In this document: positions 51,571-64,000 of the stretch, one piece after another
Position numbering within the stretch: position 1 is the first letter of the stretch
Layout: each line of letters opens with the position of its first letter
Assembly: GCA_051362555.1 (NCBI GenBank)
Contig: CM120647.1
Coordinates: forward strand, 13,554,651-13,618,650
Length of the DNA: 64,000 nt
From: Lingula anatina
Taxonomy: Eukaryota > Animalia > Brachiopoda
Direction: 5' to 3'
Program-made: the position numbers and the translations under genes
The notes under the pieces: model-generated
Told to the model about the DNA's origin: nothing
What the model saw: the letters and a program-made list of their open reading frames with translations, nothing else
Databases searched by the model: none

Positions 51571-51828
51571 CCCCCCCCCCAAAAAAAAAAATAAATAAAA
51601 ATAAATAAATAAATAAAAAGTTTCCCTAGCAGTGTTGCAAAATTCGTTTTTGATAAAGTAAAACCCAAGATAAAACCACTGGGATTAAACGTAAAATACG
51701 AACAGAGTAACGGAGTTAATAAATTCCCACAATTCCATTGGTAATGCTGAGGTAACATGATTTAGCTTGTGACTAAGTGTACAAATGCTTTCAGTTTTCA
51801 CTTATATTATAGACGGAAAGACCACATG

Positions 51829-51903
<75 letters not shown>

Positions 51904-52674
51904 ATTACATAGCTTTGGGATAGATGAAAAAGAATGTAAAAATACTTTGGAAAAGTAAAAGAATGCAAAAGTTATAGGTAGGGGAATATTAAAAAAGTGT
52001 GGTGCTCTAGCAATTCCCATCCAGATGTTCCCCTGTTGCTTTACTATATGTCTACCTCGGTCGTCTTGCCTGTAGTTGTTTGTGAATTTCTGTCTCATGA
52101 CATTTTGTATTATTTCACTGTGATGTCACAATAAAACACTGAAAATCTATAATGGAGTTTTTACTGTTAATTGCGTGTGTGCTGTTGATGCATGACATCA
52201 TTATCGGGATGTTTTTCTGTCTGTGTGTTCTCCTCGCTGTACTATATTGCATACGCATATTAATAATAAAATCCAACTATTACAACTCGTAGTTTTTTAT
52301 AAAGCATACATTAAAAGGATTAAATATGAAATAAAGCAACGCACTAATTGATGCAAAAATAATCAGTTAAATATTTTTTGTCAGTTTGCGGCAAATTTGC
52401 AAGAAAGATTCTTGACAGTTTGCTGCAAATTTGCAAGAACAGTTCTGAAAAATTTGCTGCAAATTTGTAAGAAACCTGTGGTAGATTCCCTGTTGTCATG
52501 CTAATAAATGTTGCGGAGAGTTTGCAGCAAATTTGCAAGAGACCTAATTTACATGGTAAATTTCCACTTGCAATTTGCTGCAAATTTCAAGCAACTGTTT
52601 GCAAGAAGCCTAAAATAAATATTCAATCAGCAAGCAAGGCCCTGTGTTAACCACTACCAGGGCAGCCGATTAAT

Positions 52675-54955
52675 TTAGATAGTTTATTTCACTGTAACAT
52701 ATGCATCCACTTGTGTGGATGAAAATGACAACATGAATACAATTTTTGTGAATATGTTATTAAACAATCACAATGAGTAAGAATATTTACTTATTTACTA
52801 AAAAAAAAAAAAAAAAAAAAAAAAAAACTACTATTACTACTATTACTCAATTGCCGATGGGTGCAGCACTGTCTTGTAGATCCCTCCTAGCAAAAGCGGA
52901 GGAGAGAAACTTAGCTAGTGCAATAATGGTTTCTTTTTCTTGACATTTCATAATTATAGTAAATTTTTCATCAGTTCTTTTTAGGCCAAAATGTGTATCG
53001 TGTTTTGTAAATACCTTATATAATATTGTGCGCAGGTCGTTGTATAGGGGGCATGTTGTGAGAAAGTGTTTTTCGTCTTCAATTTTGTCTTTAGAACAGT
53101 AATGGCATATTTTGTCGGTACGAGGAGTGTTATTATATCTGCCCGTTTCAATGTGAAGTTTATGCCCACTGGAGCGAAAACGGCTTAGGTTTTTTCTTTT
53201 ATCAGTATCGTGAAGGTAGTCTAGATATTTTTCTTTTTTGAATGTATTTTTGAATTGGCAATATACTCTGGATTTGGAATTGTGCTCAAGCTCACTGTGC
53301 CAGTTTTGTACGTACCCACTAATGATTCGTTCTCTGAACATACTTAGGAAATTTATGTCGGGATTCTGCTTTAGCCATACATCTCCAAATCCGTTTTCAA
53401 ACAAGAGTTTCATAATACCTTCACTCCATGACAGGTTATCTTCATTCAGATTTGGCAGGCTTTTTGTTGTGAGTAAATTGTAATAATGTAATTCGTCTAG
53501 GTATGCTTGTTTGAGTAGGTTGTTTTCGTCTGTGCGTAATATTTTGAGCCAAAATTTTATTAATTGTATGTTAATTTTTATGTAAACAGGAATCCTTCCT
53601 GTCTCTCCTCTTACTGTGTGGTTTGAAGTTTTTGGGTGAACACCTAAAATTTGTTTACAAAAACTGAGATTTAGCTTTTCCGATGGAGATCTGTCTGTAA
53701 GAGGGGTATATCCCCAGACCTCTGATCCGTACGTTGCAATTGGCATTATGATTGTATCAAAAAGTTTTTCCTTGAGGGATGATTTAATAGGGCTGGTTAG
53801 AGGAAAGTAACTTTTTAGTGCAAAAAATGCTTTTTGTGCTTTTTCTTTTAATCTTGTTTGAGCTGCAGTGAATTTGCCAGATCTAGTGAAAAGAATTCCT
53901 AGGTAGTTGTAGCTAGACGAGATAGTGAGTAGTTTACCGCCAATGTTAAATTTGTGTTTGCTTTGGGTGGTGCTGTCCGTGATTTTTCCCTTGCTGTTGA
54001 AAATGACAACTTGGGTTTTTTTAATGTTTATCGAAAGTCTCCATAGTTTACAATACGTTTTTAGACAATCCAGGCTATATTGGAGACCAAATGGGCTTTT
54101 CGAAAAGAGAACTAGGTCGTCAGCATAGAATAGCCCAGACACCGGTTTGTTAATGATCAGAGGAGGGTCACTTTTTGAATTGTCTATACCTCTTAGTAAA
54201 TCATCTACAAATAGGTTAAACAAGAATGGGCTTAGAGTATCCCCTTGCTTAACACCTTTATATGTGGAGAATGAATCGGTGATGCCAGAAGGGGTTTTAA
54301 CACAAGCCGTTGCATGGCTATACATGGTTTTGATATTTCTGTAGAATTTCCCACCAACCCCAAGCTTTAACAGTTTATACAGGAGACCCTCTCTCCAAAC
54401 ACAGTCAAACGCCTTACTGAAGTCTATAAAACACGTGTACAGCTTTCTTTTAGACCTAGCGAATTTTGTTACAAGTGACTTGAGAATAAATGTGTTGTTT
54501 GCAGTACTGTGATTTTCCCTAAATCCTGCTTGATGGGGGAGTGGGACGCCCTTCTTTTTGCATTCGCTTTTTAGCCTGGTTAGCAGGAGTGAGTTATATA
54601 ATTTTCCAACACAACTGGTTATGGAAATTCCACGATAGTTGTCTGCTTTGCTGGAGTCGCCTGATTTGAATATAGGTATAATAAAACTTTTATTCCAAAT
54701 ATCTGGATATTCTGCTCTGTGGAAGAAGGCATTAAATAGTTTGTGAAGAATTGGTGCTATTATTGTTTTACTGGATTTTAACATTTCATTTGTGATTTTG
54801 TCTTCCCCAGGTGATTTATTGTTTCCTAGGGAGTAGATTCCCTTAGTAATTTCCTCTGTGGTTATCTCATGATCTAAGAGACTGATATTGTCATTATGTG
54901 CATTTTTCACCGGAGAATTGTGCCACGAATTAGCCAGAGGCATATCTTTGAGCAT
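52675..54955 (-). mobile_element. 5'-truncated RTEX-like LINE with uninterrupted RT ORF (52847-54955, 702 aa)
   Basis: SPGED, NYRGIS, FIDFSKAFD, GVKQGDTLSPFLF, YADD, YLG, YGSEVWG, C..C..EDEKHF...C. No endonuclease domain. Hairpin plus AATAAA at the 3' end (~52685). Confidence 0.92.
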
Positions 54956-55138
54956 CTAGTGAGAAACCAATCTGGGTCACTGCTGAAGGGTTACCCGTGG
55001 TCCTGTATAGAGTGCTTGTGCAGAAGTTCTGACTTGAACCTGAGCTATTTAATATATGGCGACTTATACTGTTTGAACGGACGCCTTTAACACAACAGGA
55101 ATATTTCGGCCTACAAGGCTTGGATGGACGTTATGCCT

Positions 55139-55263
55139 AATAAATGCGCTCTTAAACACAGAAGATATATGGCGGCCAATAAATGTGCTCTTGAACACAG
55201 CAGATATATGGTGGGCAATAAATGCACTCTTGAACACATCAGATATATGGCGGCCAATAAATG
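55139..55263. repeat. 39-bp minisatellite x3.2
   Basis: AATAAATGYRCTCTTRAACACA..AGATATATGGYGG.C repeated in tandem. Confidence 0.85.
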
Positions 55264-56548
55264 TTAAAACGCAAGCTATAAGCGTCAAATATACCTGTGT
55301 TTACCTGTATTTCCTTATAATGTATGTTATTTAACAATGAGTTTTTATTTATAGTAGTAAAATTTAATGTGCTCAAACATATTATTATTATTATTATTAT
55401 TATTAAGCACAGCGCCAGGTGGCGGAAACTACAGGTACCTGTAGGTAATGTTTGTCGAGATCAATAGCGCTTTTCTCACATACTCAGATAAAAACGTATC
55501 ATTCAAGTGATATATTTAAACATGCCTTCAACCTTTTTTATCAGTCTCAAAGTGACACAGGTGACACCGGTTGTTACAAGTGTTATAATAAGAATGATGA
55601 TAACAGTCTGGAATTTTCGAACGTTTATTCTCCGACTCTCTTTTTTCATAGAATCTACAAATATTTATACTCTATTTTCCCAAAGAATTTTCCATTCTCA
55701 TATTACAAAACGCTGTTCAATATTTCCAAATTTAGTAATTTTAGTGAAACTTGTTTTTAATTTAAAACATTTAAAATATTTCCCAATTACTCATGCTTGG
55801 ACCTTGTCCATCTCGAGTATGCATGAGTTTTACACGTGTTAGAAAGGTGCAAATCTATAGGAAAATTAACCAATCAGATTCAACTATATGTGACTTTGAA
55901 ATGTTTCATCATTCCTTACTTCGAGAACAGTCTATACACTTGTTGACACTTTAAGATTTTTAACTTGCACTCAACAACTTCCTATACATTTGATTCTGTT
56001 TAATTGTTTTGTAATTATCGAAAGTGTATGTCATTTGCTTTGCAACACAAGTGCATATTGAGCGAGTGCCTTATTTATTTAAACTCTTCCATATACCACC
56101 ATTTTGTTTCGAGCGGGATACCCAAAGAAATACCACTGGACTTCGTTACATTATTTCGGAATGTTTGGCTGGGTTCCCATGCCTACATCGATCCATCTGG
56201 ATCTGTCTAACTCCCTGCAGAGTCTCACTAAATTGCTATCCGAATCAGCTAGGGGGTTAAGATAATTGCCCCTAACAGCTTTAATAGGCAACAGACAGTT
56301 AAGCCGGTTAAGTTGATAGCATTTTAGTGAGACTCCAAAGTGAGATAGATCGGTCCAAATTTCTGTGGGAATGGTCCCTTTTTAGCAGTTTTTTTTCTCT
56401 CACAGCGTCAAGGTCTCTAAACTGTGTCTTTCTTAGTATCACACTCCAATATTTTTAAACAGAATTAAAATTCGGAGAGGCAACCTGATGCGATCACGTT
56501 ATACTTGATATAGCTTCAGGAAAAAAGAAATTTTTCGGATAATTTCAG

Positions 56549-59500
56549 ATGGCGAATAGAAGGCATCTCGGCAGTAACTTTGCACGGAATTTAGACGTGG
56601 TTCTATTGGGGAACGAAGTTTGTTCCCATGAAGACGCGGTCACTTCGCGATGTCCCTCAGAGCCAAAGGAAGACAGCGACTGTTTCACCCATAGTGAGAA
56701 ACCATCGACTTCATCCAGCAACGACGAATCAGACAGAGAGGGAGCCAGTCGGTGGAAAAAATGGTTCAAAAGAAATCCCAAAAACAGAAAACCACAGGAA
56801 GATGTCGAGGCGGTGGAATTGAGAGATCCGCAGGATGGTAAAGGAAATGACGCTGAGAATGCTGTTTTGTCAAGCGTGGCTGACGGGCAGGGGTTGAACC
56901 CGTTACCAAACGAAAACACTTCTACAGGCAGTTTTGATAATATTGACATGGGAGATTCTTATCCCCAAAACACTTACCCGTCAGATTACTCTATGCAGTC
57001 CCCGGGACTTGACGACTCCAACGCCCCTCTTCTGTCACGATCTACCAGAGACAGTTCCAGTAGGAGTATAGGCCGCAGGCTGGGAGATGCAGGTGGCGCG
57101 CCGCATCCTTCCTCCCTTCAAAATGACACGGTAGAATTGGCCAACGAAACCCTCCTCGGCTCAACTATAAAGCCTCCTGCTGCTGCTACTCAATATGACC
57201 TTTCGCTGCCGTCACCACCACAATCACCACCACCCCCTAGCAAAGACCGGTTTCAGATTTCAAACAACCAGACTGCAACGCCGAAGCCAGCAGACCAACT
57301 CTCGCCGGAAGAGCCTTGTGCGCCTGTTGAGAACCTGGACGAGGTTGACTTTGCCTCCCCCACTGGTGCCGCCCCTCACAGTAGGTTACCCACGCATATT
57401 GCCGACACTCTTAGTGATGGAGGAAAGTATGGCAATATAGAACCCGTATCTCACAATTCCAGAACGAAAGGAACAAAGAGCAAACCATTGGGACCAACGG
57501 TCAGTAGAGATATGCTGCAAAGGACAATAGACGACGGGGCAGACATGGACGGGATCAAGCGAGCACTAAAGAAGTGGACGTCGTTACCAAAGAAAGATGA
57601 TCACTATAATCCGATGATACAGGCGGCATTGAAGAACGACATCCAGGTTTGCCAACTACTGAAAGACGAGGAGAATTTAAAAATCGCCGACCCTCACGGT
57701 TATTTCTGCGACTGTAAACTCGACCAAAGCGACACGCTGAATCATGCGCTTTATCGTGTGAACGCGTATAGGGCTATGACGTCACCGGCCTATCTTCTCA
57801 CGAGGAAAGATCCAGTAATGGCGGCTCTGGAGACGAGACAAAAACTGTTCATAATGGCGAAACAGGATGAAGAGTTCAAGGTATTTTGTGAAAAAAATTG
57901 TAAACATTTTGAAAAAAAAAATTAAAAAAAGAATATTAAGATACAATCGGTAAGAATGTTTTGAGTTTGTCTAATAATTTTGACAGAAAGAAACGCTGAA
58001 TTGTTTGTAAATTTATTTAAGATATTTTTACGGGATATGGCTGGGGGATTTCTGACATTTTCAATGAAATTTGAATAAGAAGGTGGAGTTCGGATTTGTA
58101 AAAAGTGAAAGAAAGTGCAACCACGCACATGTACGCACGCATTCACGCACACGCACACCAACACGCACAGTCTGTATTTGACAGTTACAACCACCCAGAA
58201 AACACATAACTTTACGATAAAAAAAGTGTATCAAATTCTAATCAATAGATACCAATAATTGCAATGTGAAGTAAATTATAAAAACTATGAAGAAATATGC
58301 GACTTGAATAATATGCAGCTTTCCCTCCCACGCAGTCAGAATATCTTCAACTGACCGATAAATGCGAGACGTTTGCCTGGGAGATGTTAGACCTGGTACG
58401 AGGGCGAGAGGAGCTGTCTTTGATCCTGGATAAATCAGCCAGTGGCTTTTCAGAATTAGGGCTAGTGCGAAGAGTTATGGACGAAGGAGCCAAGAAGGTA
58501 GGATGTACTGAAGATATTTTCATTTTTCGACAAACACATTTTTATCTCTTGAATGAGGCATTTTATTGGGGCCATTCAGAATGAAAAGAGACGAGTGCCA
58601 GCTGGGCCACTACCTAAATATGTCGGGCCTACATGAAAGGAAGACCATTAAAATGGTCTTTTAGACCGCTTAATGGTCGCTTAATGGTCTCTTCGCCTCT
58701 TTCGCGGCTCCCCACGCGTCGTCCCCAGACCGGTTGAATTAAGCCGAGATTTGATTACTGTGCCCCTGCATGCTGCTCCACTGTGAAGCGGGCTTCAACA
58801 ATGACTCTGAAGAACAGCGAAAGTGTACGATTTCCGTCAATCAAAAAGAACTGCTCCGCAGAGAATCTGCAGTTGAATGTCATTAGACCAAAATGAAACG
58901 TAAAACAGATTTAATTCTGCTTTATTTATAATTTCATTAACTGTACCGTATTAAGATGTAAAGTGAAAAACAAATAATATGTTTTTAAAAGAAAAAAATA
59001 TATCCAATGTTTTTGTGTTTTTGCTTATCAAAGAACATTTTCTCCTGAATATTTAATCACAATACACGTGTTTGCCGTGTGCCTTAAGCTACACTGTATG
59101 CCCTATACCAATATAAGGGCTGCGCAATGGTTAGACCAAAATCAGTTTTTAAAGCAGAATGTTGCTTGTGTTGTGGAACTGACCTTCGACTGCAAGACAT
59201 TCTTAGTTTAAACTTCAAACTTCGCGTCAGCCACTTTATTACTTGTCTCGTCTGCACGAGATAACGTCAGCGCAAGGCGGGAAAGGCAGCTCCAGGCGGA
59301 ACAGAGCTGTGACGTACAAAACTTGTGACTTCCAAATAAGGAAGCTCCAGGCGGACACAGCTGTGACGTATGAGACTTGTGACTTCCAAATATGGAAGCG
59401 CCCCAGGCAGAATTTTGCCGAAGAAGGAACGCCTCCAAGTTGACGGTATTCGCTAGAGTCAGTTTTGCTGATACGGGTTATATATGAAATCAAGATCGAG

Positions 59501-60523
59501 CCGGCAAAACTGAAATCTAGAACCCAGGGTACTGCAGGCACAACGCGTGGAAAAGCATGTGAGAGGCGGAGAAACATTGCAGGATTAAGCGGTCTTCCTT
59601 CCATGTAGGTCCGCCAAATTTAGGTCGGGGCCTAGCTAGCACTGGTCCCTTCTCGTTCTGAATGGCCTTAGTGTCTCCCGGAAACCTTCATCCGTCCACA
59701 TTTTGATTCTGTTTCATTTTGATATAGATTTAGTGTTGAAAGAATATTGAAACATCTCAAGAAGTAAACGGTTGTGTTTGTGGTGCGACCCAAAACACAA
59801 CCGTTTACTCCTTGATAAAATGGTCCCCATAACAAATTGCATGACTTCTGCATGTTTTAGGAAGGCGTGTGTTAGTTGAGATTCTGCTGCAGATCTTTAT
59901 ATTTAGTCACTTCAAAAGGTACATGTAGAAACCTGGTATTACCTATGCTTTTTTCGATCATTGGAGTGTATATTTATCATACTAATAACAAGAAATGACT
60001 ATGCCATTGGAAACAAACACTTATAAGACGGCAACAGCCTCATCACAGAGAAGCCTCACGTACCCCCATCCCCATCCTGTCGTTGCTTTAGAGGAAGTGG
60101 AGGACACTTTGTAACGTTTTAACACGGTAGAAGTACTATAATACCTAATTTTTATGCCGATGTGTGACGGACATTGAAAAACCGGAAAGGTAAATCCAAC
60201 AATTACTATCATTTTGACTGATGTTTAATGAATATTCCATGCAGCATTAAATCAAACACACAGAAAAAAGATTGATACACTCATAGTCCCTCGACTGATG
60301 GCTGCAAAGTCATTTATTTAAAACCGTATTTCAGTTTGTTGCCCACCCATACGTCCAGCGACACTTGAATATGGTGTTTTATGGCCGCGATCATAATATA
60401 AGGCGACGAATGCTGACCACAAACAATTTTCTGAAGACGATCTTCATCGTGCTGGCGTTGCCAATTTGGATTCTGCTGTTCTTGACTTACATTCTGTTCG
60501 GAGCCTTTGAAACGTTGGAGAAG
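56549..60523 (+). CDS. TRPC-family channel, paralog B (5' partial: exons 56549-57880, 58336-58497, 60335-60523; continues beyond the window)
   Basis: Clear paralogy to TRP-A (MANR..., [47 protein letters not shown]). The GT-AG phase-0 introns are at positions shared with TRP-A. Confidence 0.9.
58569..59668. mobile_element. ~1.1-kb non-autonomous TIR element (Harbinger-like) in TRP-B intron
   Basis: ~80-bp imperfect TIR GGCCATTCAGAA.GA.AAG.GAC.AGTGC.AGCT.GGCC; flanks TTG/TAG; internal ~53-bp direct repeat at 59289-59408. Confidence 0.7.
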
Positions 60524-63500
60524 GTATGTTGAACAGGTGCAATTGTTCACCTGGTTTATTACCACATGTTAAACATTTCCTGAAGCCCTTTTAAGATTTG
60601 CACAGGAACACTTTTAAAAATTGGCATGTGTTTATTTTTATTGGCCATGTTAAACGCGTAAGCTGCGTTAGGGTAATTCTCTTATGTAAAAACCAGTTCC
60701 CATTCTCTCAAAGTGCATCGATACAGACGAAGGTGCTTAAGTATGCAATTCGAGGTCCAAAGGGCATAAGAAAGTTTTTTTTTGTTTTGTTTTGAATAGT
60801 TTGATTGAACGTTCCTAATTTTCGTTATATTCAATTTCTTATACCATTCAATGAATTCAGTGAATCTACTTATACCATTATCTATACCAACTTAAACAAT
60901 CCTCTTTTGCACTGTGAAAGCACACATGCATACTACTGTAATTTCTAACTTAAATTCATGTCCTTCACACTATCTAAGTAAAACATGTAAATCTCATATA
61001 CCTTGTACACTTACAGTGGTCGGAATAATTTTGTTTCCGTTGTACACCGGTGTAACCACGTTCGAAATGTTTTAATCCCTATCTTGTGAATAGAAGGGGG
61101 CGGACAAACAATGGAGGGCCGTATAAATCCCTTCAAAATTCGAACGCACAAACACAATAGCTTAGGTGGAATAACACAATACTTAATACGAGTGAACCCC
61201 ATGACGCCGGTTTCTGTGGCCCAGCGCGAGCGTGACAATCCGCTGTAACTAGGTGTAATTAACAGCAGGATACATCAGCCAGAAGGTCCCTATTGTTTGT
61301 TGCGGCGATAGGATTATAGCTTGAAGAGGCTAAACCCATGCTAAGGCGTGCCACGCGAAGCGAACTGTCCTTTTGTTCACTAGTTTGGCACGCGCAGCTG
61401 GTTTTTAGTGTTGCTAACAAACTGCTAGTTAAATTTGTTATCAGTTATTTCATCCTATATGAAATTTCCGCAGTCAAAAATTGAACTAATTATTGTTTGT
61501 TTGGTTGAAATGCATGAGCGTCAGCATCAATCTGTCTCAAAAAATTCCTATTGCATTAATTTATAAATGTATAATTTATTTATGTACTTACGTTTTAATT
61601 TGAAATATCTGCATTCAAGCGTTCAAGTATTTATAAAACATGAATGATAATGAAAGAGGAATAAGGAAATAACATATTACTTATATTATGCTTATATTAT
61701 AATATTGAAATTAAATGAGGTGCATTGACATAGGCGCAATGACAATCCAACTACAACGTGCAACAGGGGGAAGTCTGGCTGTATGATCATACAATATACG
61801 AAAGTACGGTCAATTAAAAGTGTAAATCATCAGTTAAATAGGAGGGGGTCTTACTATGGTCGCTATCTATTGTTAAACCCGACTGTTATTGTCTCTCGAA
61901 CAAGCTTAAAGCATGCCTATACAATTACTGTGTCTCCGGCTGCCGTTCAGAAACACCATGTCGAACGTATTTTGCTACAGTGAGAAACATGGTACACTAG
62001 CGACTTGTTTTAGATCACTCAAGAAAGGATGCATACGTGCGACACCAGAGGAAAAACAATCAAGTATGCGTCTGATCCATTAATAGTAATTGCACAGTGC
62101 ATGTTACTAGACCTTTGTCCTAACTCAGTAGTTAGGAATAGGATGTTTGGATAAAAAGCTTCTATTCAACTCGCTTAGACCTAGGGCGTGATGCTATCAT
62201 CCGATGAAACACGTAACTGAACCCTCTACCTGAACCTGAAGTCCCTTTATCTGAAACAAAAACTGCCCCTTGAACATGTCCATTTTTTAATCGTCAAATG
62301 ATTTGTGATTTCATTGAACGTCTTTGATCGAAAGCTTTCAAGTGACAATAACCGAACCATGTGTTGATTATTTATTAAAGCGTAATTAAGTTTATTCAAC
62401 ATGATCTATTTTGTAAACGATATTTGCCAAGATTGAGCTTGGATTGATCGCCGTCACTATTTAGCTACTCGCCTATAATGCGTGCTGAACGACAGACAAC
62501 TTAAAAATATTATCTGTGTAACTGTGCAAATGAACGCATTTAGTTAAAATATAACAAAGCCGGCATTTAATCCATCGAACATATTTATATTTGTTCTTTT
62601 TAAACCAGTGTAAGGTTAACGCCAAATCAAAGCAACCCTTGCAGACTGGTTTTGTTTAAACTGTCGTGCATCAAGTAAAGCTAAGTAAAGCCTGTTTCTA
62701 CTTCGCAGTGTTCATCCCAGCCATAAAACTGCATGAAGGATAACAAGACTCCGTAGACCTGTGCTTCGATCAGGTTTCCAGGAGTCCCGTGTAACACAAT
62801 AATATCGAAGGCCTGAGAGTAATACATATATGAGGCCGTGTATGAAAGATTTAACAAATTAGAAATTCAAGAATTTAAACATGCTAGGTACATGCACATC
62901 ACTTAATAAGTCATTTCACAAAAATCGCATCTAATTGTTTAGATTAACCTTCACTTTTATCGATCTCATCCCATTGTCTCAACCACCTAAAAGAAATATA
63001 GAGAACATGAGGAAAAGTAACACGTTTACATGCAGGCGAAGGAGTTATACTTCAATATTAATCGCGAACAATATCAACAGCGACTAAAGACCGTTGCCTG
63101 TCTTTCACACTTTTACACAAACACACGAAGGTTTAATAAAGGGAGTCGCGGCGCGATATCTATCTCTTTCATTCGAACAAGCAAAGGGCTGACCCGAAGT
63201 AAGCTTTCTATACTAATGTCCTTTTTATTGTGTATTGTAATTACTCTACTTGCTCGCCTCCATTGTCTTGTAAAAGTGACAAAGAATGTGTTGTATTCAC
63301 ACACGAGATGAAAGAACTCCTTTACCTTAAGTTGCATAATGTCTTTCTCAAGGTTATAATCGGTGTGAAGAGGGTGTCTTGCCTCATTTAAAAAGGGTGT
63401 TGTTCTTCATACTGGTTGTTGCTTAACTTATGCTAATCTTAAACTTTTATGTACCAATATGGTTTTAATAAATCGCTAAAATTATTAATTTAATGAACAT

Positions 63501-64000
63501 TGTGTATCAAACGTTTTGATACGATTTAAATAAATGGACGAGGAGGATTACGGTATTAGGTTCTATTTACCTCTGGCTTTAACTTCGCCCTGCTATATAA
63601 ATGAACAAATGTTGCAGATCGTAACAAAAAACTTTCTTATAGTGTTTTATGACATATATGATTTACACATTTGATAGTGAAACACTCCTCGACTTTAACG
63701 AATCACCTAACGTAAACTCTCTACCCGCGCTCCCCGAATAAAAATGTTTCTTTTAATTTTGAAATGAATTGCTTTTAAGGCAAAGAAGTCCATTAAACCC
63801 TTTAGTCTCAATATCATTGTACAGCATGTTGTAATCGATATTTAAAAAAGTTAATTTTTGTACTCCGCTTTCATCGAGGATACCTCAAGTTGAGGTTACA
63901 ATTACGTCGCTCGCCTATGCTACTGGAATATATATTTAAGGACAAATTAAGCTTTGTAAAGTCCCTATTGTCACACACCATAGATACTTTATTTTGTCTT

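Noticed and set aside
60600-64000. Further TRP-B exons or other genes
   Set aside because: No match to TRP-A exon 5 (PCVKF) was found and the short ORFs lack motifs, so this is treated as intron.

Overview
AT-rich animal (probably marine invertebrate) genomic DNA with spliceosomal introns, microsatellites and many transposon remnants. Left part (1-27 kb): a tandem array of three closely related minus-strand genes, each with a single coding exon. They encode 424-aa type-I membrane receptors: signal peptide, LRRNT, ~8 LRRs, LRRCT-like cap, TM, and a Pro-rich tail ending in YxxI motifs. The duplicated units are separated by arrays of a 34-bp satellite. Copy-to-copy amino-acid changes cluster in the LRR beta-strand faces while the tails are almost invariant, which suggests a diversifying immune-type receptor family. 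Right part: two head-to-head TRPC-like channel paralogs. TRP-A (minus, 12 coding exons, 27074-40127) could be fully reconstructed in frame by hand. TRP-B (plus, from 56549) runs out of the window. An RTEX-like LINE sits exactly on a TRP-A splice acceptor. Its 9-bp TSD duplicates the CAG|GT junction, creating a possible recursive splice site, and the LINE itself carries nested DNA transposons. Other elements: hAT-type elements with 5-bp TSDs, IS3EU-like, Kolobok-like, Harbinger-like, Tc1, Ginger-like, Tx1-like and Penelope-like fragments. All calls come from manual reading; no searches were run.
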